Source: Fistulifera solaris | Taxonomy: Eukaryota | NCBI GenBank assembly: GCA_030295235.1 | Contig: AP026149.1 | Coordinates: 682,001 to 746,000 of the forward strand | DNA length: 64,000 nucleotides | Direction: 5' to 3' | Shown: in pieces, positions 37,982-48,198 of the stretch | Layout of the letters: each line of letters opens with the position of its first letter | Numbering within the stretch: position 1 is the first letter of the stretch | Notes under the pieces: model-generated | Told to the model about the DNA's origin: nothing | The model's database searches: none | What the model saw: the letters and a program-made list of their open reading frames with translations, nothing else | Made by a program: the position numbers and the translations under genes

Positions 37982-38986
37982 TCATTTATCATGATCAATC
38001 ACCAATACGTCTTCTTTATTCGACATTATTGGTAGATGTTCTTCATTTGCGTACTGAATCAAAATGCTTTCCAATGATTCATCCGACCGAAAACCAAGCT
38101 CATGAGCTCGCTCCGTTTCGATACGTTGAGCCGATAATTTGGAAGCGTATTCCCCATCTACCGAATTTGAAGCATAACGAACGAGCTGGACTACCTCTCT
38201 TCCTGCCACACGCTCTAGGGTGCTGATCATTTCTCGGACTGTTAACAGGAGCCCCGGCATTGTGAGGATGCGATCCGTTGGTAATACAGGCTCATACACT
38301 GCTGCATGGAGCAAGAATCCTACAGCCGCCCTCGAAGAAGCAATTGTAATCAAAGAGCTATCGCTGAAGGGAAATTCAGCTTCCTTCCCATGCCATGGAT
38401 CACGGAGCACATTCGACACGTAGGAAAAAGTAACGCTATCGGATGTATCTGGTCGAATCACGATGATAGGCAGTCGGATACTTGTTGCTGTCAGGACACC
38501 TTTCCGCGTCGAATCTTCCAAAAGCTCCTCAAAAGCCCTTTGGGTTGCGTCTGATGCACTTGAAGTGTTCGCCTGACTTGCTACTATTTCAAGAGGATGA
38601 CAACAATTTACGCTGGAGGCAAACACCAATCGTGGCTTGTAATCTCCGAGCTTTCGCATTGTATCGAGTAGAAGCAACGACCCTTCTAGTACTTCGGCAT
38701 AACCGACTTCTACATCTGCCTCGACTCGATCAGTCATAGCCGTCAAATTAAAGATGAAATGAGGCATGCTTTCGAACAGGGCGCTCATATGAGAAGAGTT
38801 GGTCATGTCAACTGACTGAGCGTTGATACTCATGTTGTTGCTTTCGGGGGGAATGCCCGGTTCCGTCACGTCAGCGAGGGTTAAATGTGCGACGCGATGA
38901 TTCCCAAAACCACCGTTTTGAATCAACGAGTCGACCAGTTTCTGGGCAATCCAACTGGATGCTCCAATTATCAACACGTGTGCCAT
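37982..38986 (-). CDS. Extended SDR / NAD-dependent epimerase-dehydratase fold, D-erythronate dehydrogenase (DenD)-like, catalytically degenerate
   Basis: HVLIIGA, LTLADV, DYKPRLVFASS, IRLP.I.IRP, SNVLRDP, LTMPGL..TVREMI..LERVAG, RAHELGF; intronless; Gly-rich and YxxxK motifs altered. Confidence 0.75.
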   Translation of the reverse strand: MAHVLIIGASSWIAQKLVDSLIQNGGFGNHRVAHLTLADVTEPGIPPESNNMSINAQSVDMTNSSHMSALFESMPHFIFNLTAMTDRVEADVEVGYAEVLEGSLLLLDTMRKLGDYKPRLVFASSVNCCHPLEIVASQANTSSASDATQRAFEELLEDSTRKGVLTATSIRLPIIVIRPDTSDSVTFSYVSNVLRDPWHGKEAEFPFSDSSLITIASSRAAVGFLLHAAVYEPVLPTDRILTMPGLLLTVREMISTLERVAGREVVQLVRYASNSVDGEYASKLSAQRIETERAHELGFRSDESLESILIQYANEEHLPIMSNKEDVLVIDHDK

Positions 38987-39263
38987 TTTGAGGGAAAATG
39001 TTGTTGCTGGATCGAAGGCAACTGGTGATAACAATCGTGAGAAAATCTTCGACGAGCTTTGCACCGAGGAAGAGTTCGCATCATTTCTCGAAATTCGCTC
39101 CGATCCAGAATACACCGATTTAGTACATACGAAAAGCTGGTTCTGCTTCAAATGCGCTCATTGGTACTTAAGAGGATGCACCTATCGACGACAACACGCT
39201 TCTTAAACTCTATGCCGTATCAAAAGTTGCCTCTAAACCAGGTCTATAAAATTAGCCGATTCT

Positions 39264-40632
39264 TCATCCTACCAAAAGATAATCTGCCAAGGGTAGTACA
39301 CCGCCCGTGGACTCCTCCGATCGCAACTGCTCCGCAGGTGCGGATGACCAGTCCACATTCTCTTTGAGATAACGGAGCTGCAATGTCAAACGGTCTGGTT
39401 GATCCGCCGAGTCGGCTCCGGGTACCAAAGCTACTGAACCCGAAGGACGCGTATCGATCAAAGTGGGATTGAGCAATACCGAGACCGTAGTTTGTTCCGT
39501 TCCTGCCAACTGCGCGTACCGTCCCGGGATGCCATTTTGAAATTTGACGTGGTCGGCACCCACTAAGCCGACCAGTAAACCTCCTTTGTTCGCACGTGTC
39601 CACATATATGCTCGACTGGCCATGGATTGATCCCAGAGGATCCGGCCGCTAAAGAAGTTTCGAAAAGACATTTCTTGATCGAGTTTTTCTCCCGACATGG
39701 TATGTTTCAACAATCCCATAGATTGATGTAGTTCGAACGAAGGACGAATCACATAATCGACGTAGGTCGCATATTGTAGACCGCGGGCAAAACTGGCAAA
39801 CGCAGGTCTGATGGAGGGACAGTGTTTTTACGATTGATGAGATGACACGATAATTTAGCGGTTTTCATATCAGTACACAAGGGTCGATCGATACTTACCG
39901 ATCAATGATGTATTCTTTCAAACGATCTTTCGGCAACCCGGGTAGTCCATCCTTTTCCACGAGAGCCAAATCTTCGGAATTGACATTCAGAGCCACAGAG
40001 GAATGCCCCGTTGTTGCGCTAGGCGAAACACGGGGGCATATGTGTCAAACGACCAATTCCATCGCGTATTCCATTCGACGCCTTGTCGTAACTGTTCGAG
40101 AGATAAATTCCCCGCCACGAACTCATCCAGTATGGGCTGAAATTGAATCTGTACCTGTTCGAGTCCAATCGCTAAAGGTCCTTTTCTATTCTGGTGCAAG
40201 GATTCTACGAGAAGTGCTTGTAAATTGTGATCTCGGGCCGCATTGTGATGTTCGCCTAACCAAAGTGCCCCCGACGAAATCGAAGAGATACTCCGCAGAA
40301 ATTGATCGGGCTTTCAATAGTGCAGGCAAAGATAAGAGATTTTAGAGATGGGGGAACCTGTACAAATTATGGAGATCATTTGAGAAGAAACGACTCACTT
40401 GAACGACACCTAAAGTCGGCGACAAGGCGCTCGTAGCATCAGGACACACTTGGTATGCAGTAAAAGTATTTCTAGCTTTTGCTGACTTTGATACAGGAAA
40501 GAACCCGCTTCCGGCTCCGAGTACTACATTCTGTAAGAGTTGTCTTCGTTTATGAGAATTAATTTGCAAGGCGTGAAGACAGCAAGGAAGAATGATCGTC
40601 AAAAGGACAGTGTATCGCGTCGTGAACTTCAT
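39264..40632 (-). CDS. ChaN/Tiki-superfamily haem-binding uptake (DUF399-like) protein, predicted plastid/lumen targeted; introns ~40311-40398 and ~39808-39898, frameshift ~39998
   Basis: Signal peptide + KRRQLL..AKA; WLGEHHN..DH.LQ, LAIGLEQVQ.QFQP.LD, W..RW.W.F..Y.PVF, ALNV, LWDQSMA, GLVGADHVKF..GIPGR. Confidence 0.85.
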
Positions 40633-41410
40633 TCTCTCTCTCTCTTTCGCGGCTATTCGAATGAAGAATCTATTGAAACTGAATGGTATGAGAATCACAC
40701 CCTCTCGAAGTGGGCACTGGTGTTTCAATAATGTCATTCTTTGCTTCGACAGGTGTTGAAAGAGTTGAGAACACTTCATCAAACGAAACTCGAAAGGAGG
40801 AAGAGGAAGAACGGATCTCCTTCTCTTCGCCCCCCTCGCGCTGACGCTGACGCAGTGGTGAGAACTGCTACTTCGTCTAATCGGTATTCAACGGCTTCCA
40901 CAAAGTTCATTATTTACCCCTATTGTAAAATGTGACTATGCGTGTTAATGTACTAAAACGGCATTCACATAGAGATAGTTAACTGTTGTGACTTATGCCG
41001 AGTACGAACGCGCACGCGCGAAGAAGGGTCGTTTTCCGTACTTCAATGTAAGCATGAACGGACAACAGGCAAGAAATGTCCAACGAAAACGCCCTTTGAA
41101 GGAGATCCGGGAGGATTTATCCCCTTCGAAGAGGTCCGAGGGATCAGACCTTTTCAAATTACAAAGAGCTGCAATCGTTATTGCTGGCGAGACGACTCGG
41201 ATTATGAATGTTATCATTCACACAATCATCAAAGCAGAGCTCTTGATTGTTGATGAAACGGAGATAGTCACATTTTCAATGGCTTGACAACTCCTCGTCG
41301 GCGCAAAATGTAAAATAGGAAAAACTATTCAATCGAATAGCAGCAATCGCTTTCTCGATGACTATCAGTATCTTTATAAATTAACAATCACTATTCCTAA
41401 CACTTTTACA

Positions 41411-42562
41411 TTAAGGCGGAGCAGACGGACTCCTTCCTTGTTGCTGTTGCTGCCTCAAGAGTAAGTACAACACGCGCGGATCGATGGGCCGTTGCGTTCG
41501 GGGATCGAGCGCCTGTTGCTGCCCTTGTTGTCCAGGGAGTTGTTGCAGCGCCCGCGTGAGCTGATCCTGTCGACGATAGGACAAATCTTGGAGAAATGCA
41601 GTGTTTGAGACGGAAGGTTGAGCCGACTGAATATACAACGACGAGGGCAAGGAGGATTGCAGCAACGAATTATTTCGCCCAACAGTGTGCGCCATTTGTT
41701 GTTGTCGAAGACGAATTCCTTGCAAACGATTCATTTCTTGTTGCGAGGGAAGATAAGAAAAGGGGGATGTACCCGAAAACCCAGTCGGAAGAGACGTCGG
41801 TGACGAAGAGATGTTCGACAATTGGCTGGCGAAATTGTCTAGGCGACTCGTCCTGCACTCGTCTATGCTCGCCTCGCGCCCGGTTAGGGCACCCACAACT
41901 GGTCCAGGTCCAGGGATAGCCAGTTTGCGCTGCTTCTTTTCACTATCAATTACAATGAACCTCAAAAGATCTTCCCGACCGCGCTGGAAGCAGTCATGAT
42001 GATAGGCGAAAGTGCCCTTCGGATAACGATCCTCATCAAGAATGCGTTTAAAACCAAAGCGGTTCAGTTTTCTAGTGAAACTTTGGAACTTTGTTCCTTG
42101 AAAGTGAGGCTCCAAAACAGTTTCGCTGAATGTTTGGGGAAAGATGCAGAATTCGGTGCCCTCCGGATTCCATCGAATGACGTGAGCGAATTCGGAAAAC
42201 GAAAGAATGCGCATGATCTTTTCTGGAAAGTTCATTGAGGTCTTTTCGGCACCGAAGGGACGTTCGGCGGATATTTCTTCATCCTTTTTGGCTGGATTGG
42301 ACGACGAGTCATTCCGAAGCGAAGGCGAGCGACGTTGGATTTTGTATTCAATTTTCCCATCATCATTTTCTTCTGGATTTAGTTTGCCTCGCTTTTGGGG
42401 TGCAGAGTCTGCTTGTATAATGAACGAGCGGCACGGTGAGTTTAGAAGTGAACCTCTTAGAACACATAGGGTGATTTGCCTTGCTGCCTGTCGTCGTGCC
42501 GTATGGCGGCACCTACCTTCTGCATCGTTCTCGAGGATCCTCTTCGGTGATCTTTGTTCCAT
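41411..42562 (-). CDS. Heat-shock-factor (HSF) DNA-binding domain transcription factor, copy 1 (intron 42409-42516)
   Basis: FPEKIMRIL..VIRWNPEGTEF..VLEPHFQGTKFQSFTRKLNRFGFKR..HDCFQRGREDLL; Q-rich C-terminus. Confidence 0.93.
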   Translation of the reverse strand: MEQRSPKRILENDAEGRCRHTARRQAARQITLCVLRGSLLNSPCRSFIIQADSAPQKRGKLNPEENDDGKIEYKIQRRSPSLRNDSSSNPAKKDEEISAERPFGAEKTSMNFPEKIMRILSFSEFAHVIRWNPEGTEFCIFPQTFSETVLEPHFQGTKFQSFTRKLNRFGFKRILDEDRYPKGTFAYHHDCFQRGREDLLRFIVIDSEKKQRKLAIPGPGPVVGALTGREASIDECRTSRLDNFASQLSNISSSPTSLPTGFSGTSPFSYLPSQQEMNRLQGIRLRQQQMAHTVGRNNSLLQSSLPSSLYIQSAQPSVSNTAFLQDLSYRRQDQLTRALQQLPGQQGQQQALDPRTQRPIDPRVLYLLLRQQQQQGRSPSAPP

Positions 42563-43944
42563 GATCTGTCTTATAAATGGTAAAACTTTAATTGAGCTTT
42601 TCGGTTTGTTGATCAATGCGCAACGCGTAGTTTATTTCGAGAAACAAAAGTGTGAGAGAGAAGACCTTTTGAAGTAGCTTCTGGAAAAGTGGGCGTTTCC
42701 AGTCTGGGGTTAGATCTCCGCCTCCCGCATCGCCGCATTCAAGCTCCGTTTCGACAATTTATTGTTGGGAACACGACGAGCAGTAGATGTAAGTACGAAG
42801 AATTCATCCTTCCTTGCGTGTAAAAAAAGTAGCTACGAGCTTCAAAGCCGAAAGGAATAGTATAGTCTAGAGAATCGTACACACCACCAGTGGCGTCGAC
42901 TAAACCCCCACCGGATTAATCTGTCCGAGCCCTTTCAATAAGTATTATCTGTCCGTTAGGGAATGCCCAGTGTAACACTTCTCATTTGGATACTTTTCAC
43001 CAAGACTGGATGCTCCCAGTGATGTAGGGTATTCGACTTTACTTGTTACATAGCATTGAGAATTATTGGTGTGTCTGGGATACTACGCTTGGATAATGGA
43101 AGTGTGAATCAACTTTCGAAGCGTGTCCATTTTGTTCTTTACGAAGTGCAAAGTGCGTACGTTTGAGGATTACCGATAAATCAAAAGTAATGTGCAGCAT
43201 CGGCCTTTCACCTACCACCTATCACCTACCGGTCCCTCACATTCAAGGTCCTTGACCATGACCTCATTCCCATTTCAATAATCTCGAAATCCCCCAAAAC
43301 CAGAAACGTATGAGTCAAAAGCCCAGGACAGGATTGATGATTGATGAGTTGATGAGCGATGAAAAACAAGATTGAAAGCGCAAGGAAACTAGAATGATAC
43401 CGGAGTGGACTCCCAGCTCCGGTCCGTGCCTGGTTCAGAAACTGGATGTAAAGATATGCAACAAGCCGCTCAAGTCACCACTCACCGTCTGCTCTGGAGA
43501 CCGGAGAAAGTGTTCCGCTGTTTCGCTTTAGGCTCACTGTCCGGGAATCGACACAGTAAATTCACTGGTCATGGAGCTAAAGCACTAGTTTGGCACCTCA
43601 TTATCTGCATCCACGTTTAGGTCCTAGTCTGTAAAGGAACCTATCGAATTTATCTTTTGACTAACTACCGCGCCTCAAGTTTAAACCTTTGAAGTGCACA
43701 TCTTGAGCGGACCACACTCTTGTCGTCATCGTCACAACTCACAACCAGTGTCTCATTTCTTCTGCAAGTGGTCAGTAACGTAGCAGGTATCTCGGGTTTC
43801 TTATTCCCTCGGCACTTCGTCGCATATGTAGGATTTGTTAGTTGACTATAGACTAACAATTATACCTTTAGAACTCGGTTATTTAGCATATCGTTTCACA
43901 ACACAAGATTTAAACTTTTCTAAAAAAGTATCTGGCCAACTCTG

Positions 43945-45179
43945 TCACGGCTGCGGAGACGAGTGTCTCCTTTCAGGAGCCTGCCTTGCCAATAATAGTT
44001 GCAATAGCAAAGGATCTATTGACTGTTGCCCTTGAATTAGTTGGCGTTGCTGCCCAGGTATTTGTTGGCGTTGCTGCCCGGGTAATTGTTGCAAGATTGG
44101 CATTTGCATTTGTTGAGAATGTGAATTCAATGACGACAGGAAAGGATCGAAAGAGTTTTCCGCACCAGGAAAGCTCGTATGTCGAAGCGGAGGTAAGCGA
44201 GATTGACTTAAAAGGACCCGTTGTTGCATGGCTCTTTGGTTTTCCATAATAAACTGAATACGATTCAATTCCGACTGCGATGGTAGATGCGCAACAGTAG
44301 ATGCCACTGGTAATCCTGCTGCTGCAGGCGGTGATGCCAAGACGCCTGACAACTGGTTGCTAAACTCATCAAGACGGCTCGGTCTGCTCTCCGCTTTACT
44401 CTCATCTCGCACGGCAGGGTTTTCTTGAGTAGTAACATGACTCTGAACGACAGGGCCAGGGACATTGAGTTTTCGCTGCTTTTTGTCACTATCTATTTCC
44501 ATCTTTTTAACAAGATCTTCTTTTCCCCTTTGAAAGTACTCATGACGGTAGGCAAATGTACCTTTCGGATACCTATCCTCATCAAGGATTCTTTTGAACC
44601 CCCAACTGTAAGGTAGGTAAAAAGTTAGATAAATGAGTATTGGCAATGCTTCATTTTTAATCGCCACCGTCAGCAGCTACTTACCGGTTTAGTTTTCTCG
44701 TGAAAGATTGAAATTTAGTGCCCTGAAAATGGGGCTCCAGAACGGTCTCGGTGAAGGAGTCAAGGACGATCGAAAATTCAGTGCCCTCTGCATTCCATCG
44801 GATAACGTGGTCGAATTCCGGAAACGAGAGAATACGCATAATTTTTTCCGGAAAGGTCATTTGTGTCTTTTCCGAGCCGAAAGGACGCTTCGAAGAGATG
44901 TCGTCATCCATTTTAGGAGGAGCGGACGACGGATTGTTGATCAGCGACGGCGAGCGACGTTGGATTTTGTAATAGATTTTCCCATCATCTTTTCCTCAGA
45001 ATTTCCAAAGCCCCGTTTCTGCGGTATAAAGTCTACTTGTAAAAGGAAGGGAAGAATTGTTAGTTCCGTATTCAGCGTTTTTCGAGTGGAAGGAACGCTC
45101 TGCCAATTCGTCGTGCAGCTTGTAGACACCTACCTTCCGCATCAGCTTCATGTGCCCGTTTTAGTGAATTGTTCTCCAT
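43945..45179 (-). CDS. HSF DNA-binding domain transcription factor, copy 2 (introns 45033-45133 and 44606-44684; frameshift ~44990)
   Basis: FPEKIMRILSFPEFDHVIRWNAEG..KFQSFTRKLNR-WGFKRILDEDRYPKGTF..HEYFQRG; colinear with copy 1. Confidence 0.92.
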
Positions 45180-45413
45180 TGATTATGATTATTTGTTGAT
45201 GTCAATACAAGTCAACAAGTAATGGGACTATTGTTATTCTTGATGGATTGCAATGGTTGTAAAAAATGAGAGATGTTTATCTGGATGGCGTGTTGTCAGA
45301 TTTTGGTTTTTGTTTTCATGTTGTGCGTTTCGCCATCTCGGTCTCAATTATTCGCACTTCCTTGTGAACGTCGTACCAGGGTACTTATGGATCGAGGCTC
45401 GTGGGCTTCTAAT

Positions 45414-45890
45414 TTACTGTAGGCGGAGAAATTGAAGCATCTTTTCATTCTTAGATCGTCTTGGACTCCATACTATGTTTTCCAGTCTGTCCCACACAGT
45501 CTTAACTCCGTTCGTGAATGTCGAATTCAATTGTTGACCTTCGTTTACGAGAAATTCCAGTATTCGATTATCCCCCAAGACCGAACTCGCAAGTAAGAAA
45601 ATGGCGTCTTTCACATCCTCTCTGTCTATGGACTGAAAAGTGGAGATTGAGGGATGGTCAAGACATAGACGAATTTTGTTGGCCCGATTGCCACAAGGGC
45701 GGAGGCCCGAAAGAATGTTCACATTTTACATGGAGAGAGACAGTGCGAAGCGACCAGCGGCCAGACGGCCTTGGAACTTGGAAAAGGCATCATCGCGTCA
45801 CGTATCAAAATCGCATGAACTATGTGGCATCAATTTCATGGCCAGCGTCTAACGTTTACTCCATGTGATTAGTTTGAGCAGCGATGAAAG
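45414..45890 (-). pseudogene. Possible decayed ankyrin-repeat gene fragment
   Basis: FIAAQTNHME*TLDAGHEIDAT* (with stops) and ASSVLGDNRILEFLVNEGQQLN..GVKT resemble the ankyrin consensus; no intact ORF. Confidence 0.3.
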
Positions 45891-46242
45891 TAAATTATTT
45901 GACTTGCTTCACGGTCAATGGCAATACGGCAGCTATTTCTTGTTTCTTGCTTGAATTGGTTGAAAACGGCAGCACCAACAAGGCCGAATGCTGACTAGCC
46001 CGCAATAAAATTGTCAACATCGTCTAAATTAAGTTAATGAGTTTTCGAGAAACTTTTTGATGTTCATCATATTCTCCAAGCTGCGAGAACTTTGATTTGT
46101 TCGAGGGTTGATTGAATGTTATTATCTAATCGGAGGCGACACTAATCGGATAAACTCCGCGGAATTCAGTTCTGGACTAGGACGAACATAAGATCCCTCT
46201 TAGTTGAGAAACAAGGATTATGACCGACAACATTCTTGTATT

Positions 46243-46881
46243 TTATTTGTCGCCAGTTGTCAAAAACGAATCCTCCAGATCCAAGCAAAATGCGTCTTCA
46301 TCGACAGTCACAAATGATTCTTTCATTTTTCCTAGTTCACTCGCGAAACTGGCATCCATTGACAAAGCAGACAGAGTGGTCGCCATCGAATCCCGAAATC
46401 CACCATCCACTGAAGCTCGCTTGAAGGGTTTTGACGGCGGAGCTTTCGCACAGGCAAGGGTGTCATCGGAAAAGCGGTCAAAACTAAAACTTTCCGAGAA
46501 CGATAGATTGTTGACTGAATCTTCCCCAGTACTCTTGTCTTTAGCAAATGCTTCGAAACTAGCTCTATCGAGTGATGTTCTTCGATTCGGAATTGCAGGC
46601 GGATCCGAGCTGCATATTGTTTCATTAATGGATGTTGTCAAACTAGGCGTGTGAAACCGTCCCGTTGGTGTTTCCGTTAAAAACTCGCTGCTGTGTGGCT
46701 CATCTATAGTAGCCAGTTGCTGCGTAATAAACGATCTTGACTTTGCTTTTTGATTAAATCTGGATGCTATTCGGTTGCCTACGGCTTTTGCAATGTTGCG
46801 TGGGCCCGCTATACCTGTTCGTAACATTCGCTTCGCATTGGAACCATTCTCGTCGGAGGAAGTATGAGATTCCGTTGTCAT
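46243..46881 (-). CDS. Uncharacterised Ser/Thr-rich protein with two C..PPxxPxRxxS motifs (paralog A)
   Basis: Open frame of ~212 aa; CSSDPPAIPNRRTSLD and CAKAPPSKPFKRASVD..RDSMATTLS are shared with the neighbouring ORF. Confidence 0.7.
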   Translation of the reverse strand: MTTESHTSSDENGSNAKRMLRTGIAGPRNIAKAVGNRIASRFNQKAKSRSFITQQLATIDEPHSSEFLTETPTGRFHTPSLTTSINETICSSDPPAIPNRRTSLDRASFEAFAKDKSTGEDSVNNLSFSESFSFDRFSDDTLACAKAPPSKPFKRASVDGGFRDSMATTLSALSMDASFASELGKMKESFVTVDEDAFCLDLEDSFLTTGDK

Positions 46882-47184
46882 GGTGCTGATCAACCTAATG
46901 ATTACAAAGCGCCTGTTAAAGGATGAAGAATATACAATGAATGAAGGGAAAAGATCACGTTCTATTTCGGTGTCGGCAGCTGCATTTGCAGCGGCTGTTG
47001 GCTATTGCCTCTTGGCAAAAAAAGTACTTTGTATCGCAATTGAAGTACTTTGAAGTGGGGCAATAAAAACATGGGGGCAATTGGTGTTCGACATTGGCCT
47101 ATGGTGCCCGTTGTTGGCACTCTCCTTAAGGCCTCTGTTGTCTACTAGTATTAGAGAGGTGGATAATAGATGGATACTCATGAC

Positions 47185-47739
47185 TCATGACTGAAAAGCC
47201 AAACGACTGGCATACTGAATCATCCTTTGCCTAAGGAGAAATTCAGTGTCATCGTCTTCTGATTGATACGATCCGTCGAAACTCGAGCCCGTCGTAATAC
47301 CAGATATTGTACTAGTCATCGAGTCTCGTAATTCATGAGCCATTGAAGCTCTCTTAATTGGTTGAGATGGTGGCGCTTTGCTGCAAGGAATTATCTCATC
47401 GATGAAGAATCGGTCAAATACAGCTGGATCCTGTTGCTCGACCTTAAAATTACTTTCCGTATTTTCTTCGTTATCATTATTGAGGGTACTTTCTTCGATG
47501 AAGGGATGGTCTATGGAAACGTGTCGCCTAGGAAGCGACGGAGGTTTAGCGCTACAAGCTGTCTCCTCTATATAAAACAACTCCACACTTGGGGTCACTA
47601 GTTCCGATAGCAAATCATGAGGATTTTCTCGTGCAAAGTGTTCTTTAATGATTGCCAACAGTCGCTTATTCCAGGACAAGCTTGTTGCCCCTTTTAAGAA
47701 TTTCGCGGAGGACGCCACTTTGCCTATGACTTTGGCCAT
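47185..47739 (-). CDS. Uncharacterised protein with two C..PPxxPxRxxS motifs (paralog B)
   Basis: CSAKPPSLPRRHVSID and FDRF..CSKAPPSQPIKRASM..RDSMTSTIS align with 46243-46881. Confidence 0.7.
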   Translation of the reverse strand: MAKVIGKVASSAKFLKGATSLSWNKRLLAIIKEHFARENPHDLLSELVTPSVELFYIEETACSAKPPSLPRRHVSIDHPFIEESTLNNDNEENTESNFKVEQQDPAVFDRFFIDEIIPCSKAPPSQPIKRASMAHELRDSMTSTISGITTGSSFDGSYQSEDDDTEFLLRQRMIQYASRLAFQS

Positions 47740-48198
47740 TCTAATTGAATCCGATGATGTGTTGCAGCACCCACAACATGACGAAATTTTGTGGTTTTGA
47801 TGGGCGAAAGCTATGCACTTCCGGTTTCATGGTACTTGATTTGTTTGTTTGAGTAGCTATTTACTTTCTATTTTTTCAAAATTGTCGAGTAATAGCCAGT
47901 ATAACCAGTGACCACGCCCCCGGCCTAAAGACCACGCACGGAAGATGCTCAAGCTGTAAAGGAATCAGGAACACGGAGAAAAAAATAGATATGTCCTCGT
48001 TTCGTACTTGTACATGCACTTTTTAATCAAAAAGTATTTAGCTAGGTTTTTACGATTATGACAGGTGGCTTGCTGAGATTCGAGAGAGAAATGGAAAATC
48101 TGAGTTTTAAAGCAATGATATAGTAGTTTTCTGGCGTCGGGTTTGAACAAAAGCAAACAACAACAGCGGAGGAATAATAGAGGCTTCAAGACTTGTTC

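Noticed and set aside
40950..41300. Short ORFs between the ChaN-like gene and HSF copy 1
   Set aside because: Non-ATG or weak starts and no recognisable motif on either strand.
42409..42516. In-frame, stop-free 108-bp first intron of HSF copy 1 as regulated intron retention
   Set aside because: The equivalent intron in copy 2 is 101 bp and not frame-preserving, so the property is not conserved and is probably chance.
42636..42686. TTCnnGAA pairs upstream of HSF copy 1 as autoregulatory heat-shock elements
   Set aside because: Only two-unit matches; no third in-register nGAAn unit, and such dimers are common by chance.
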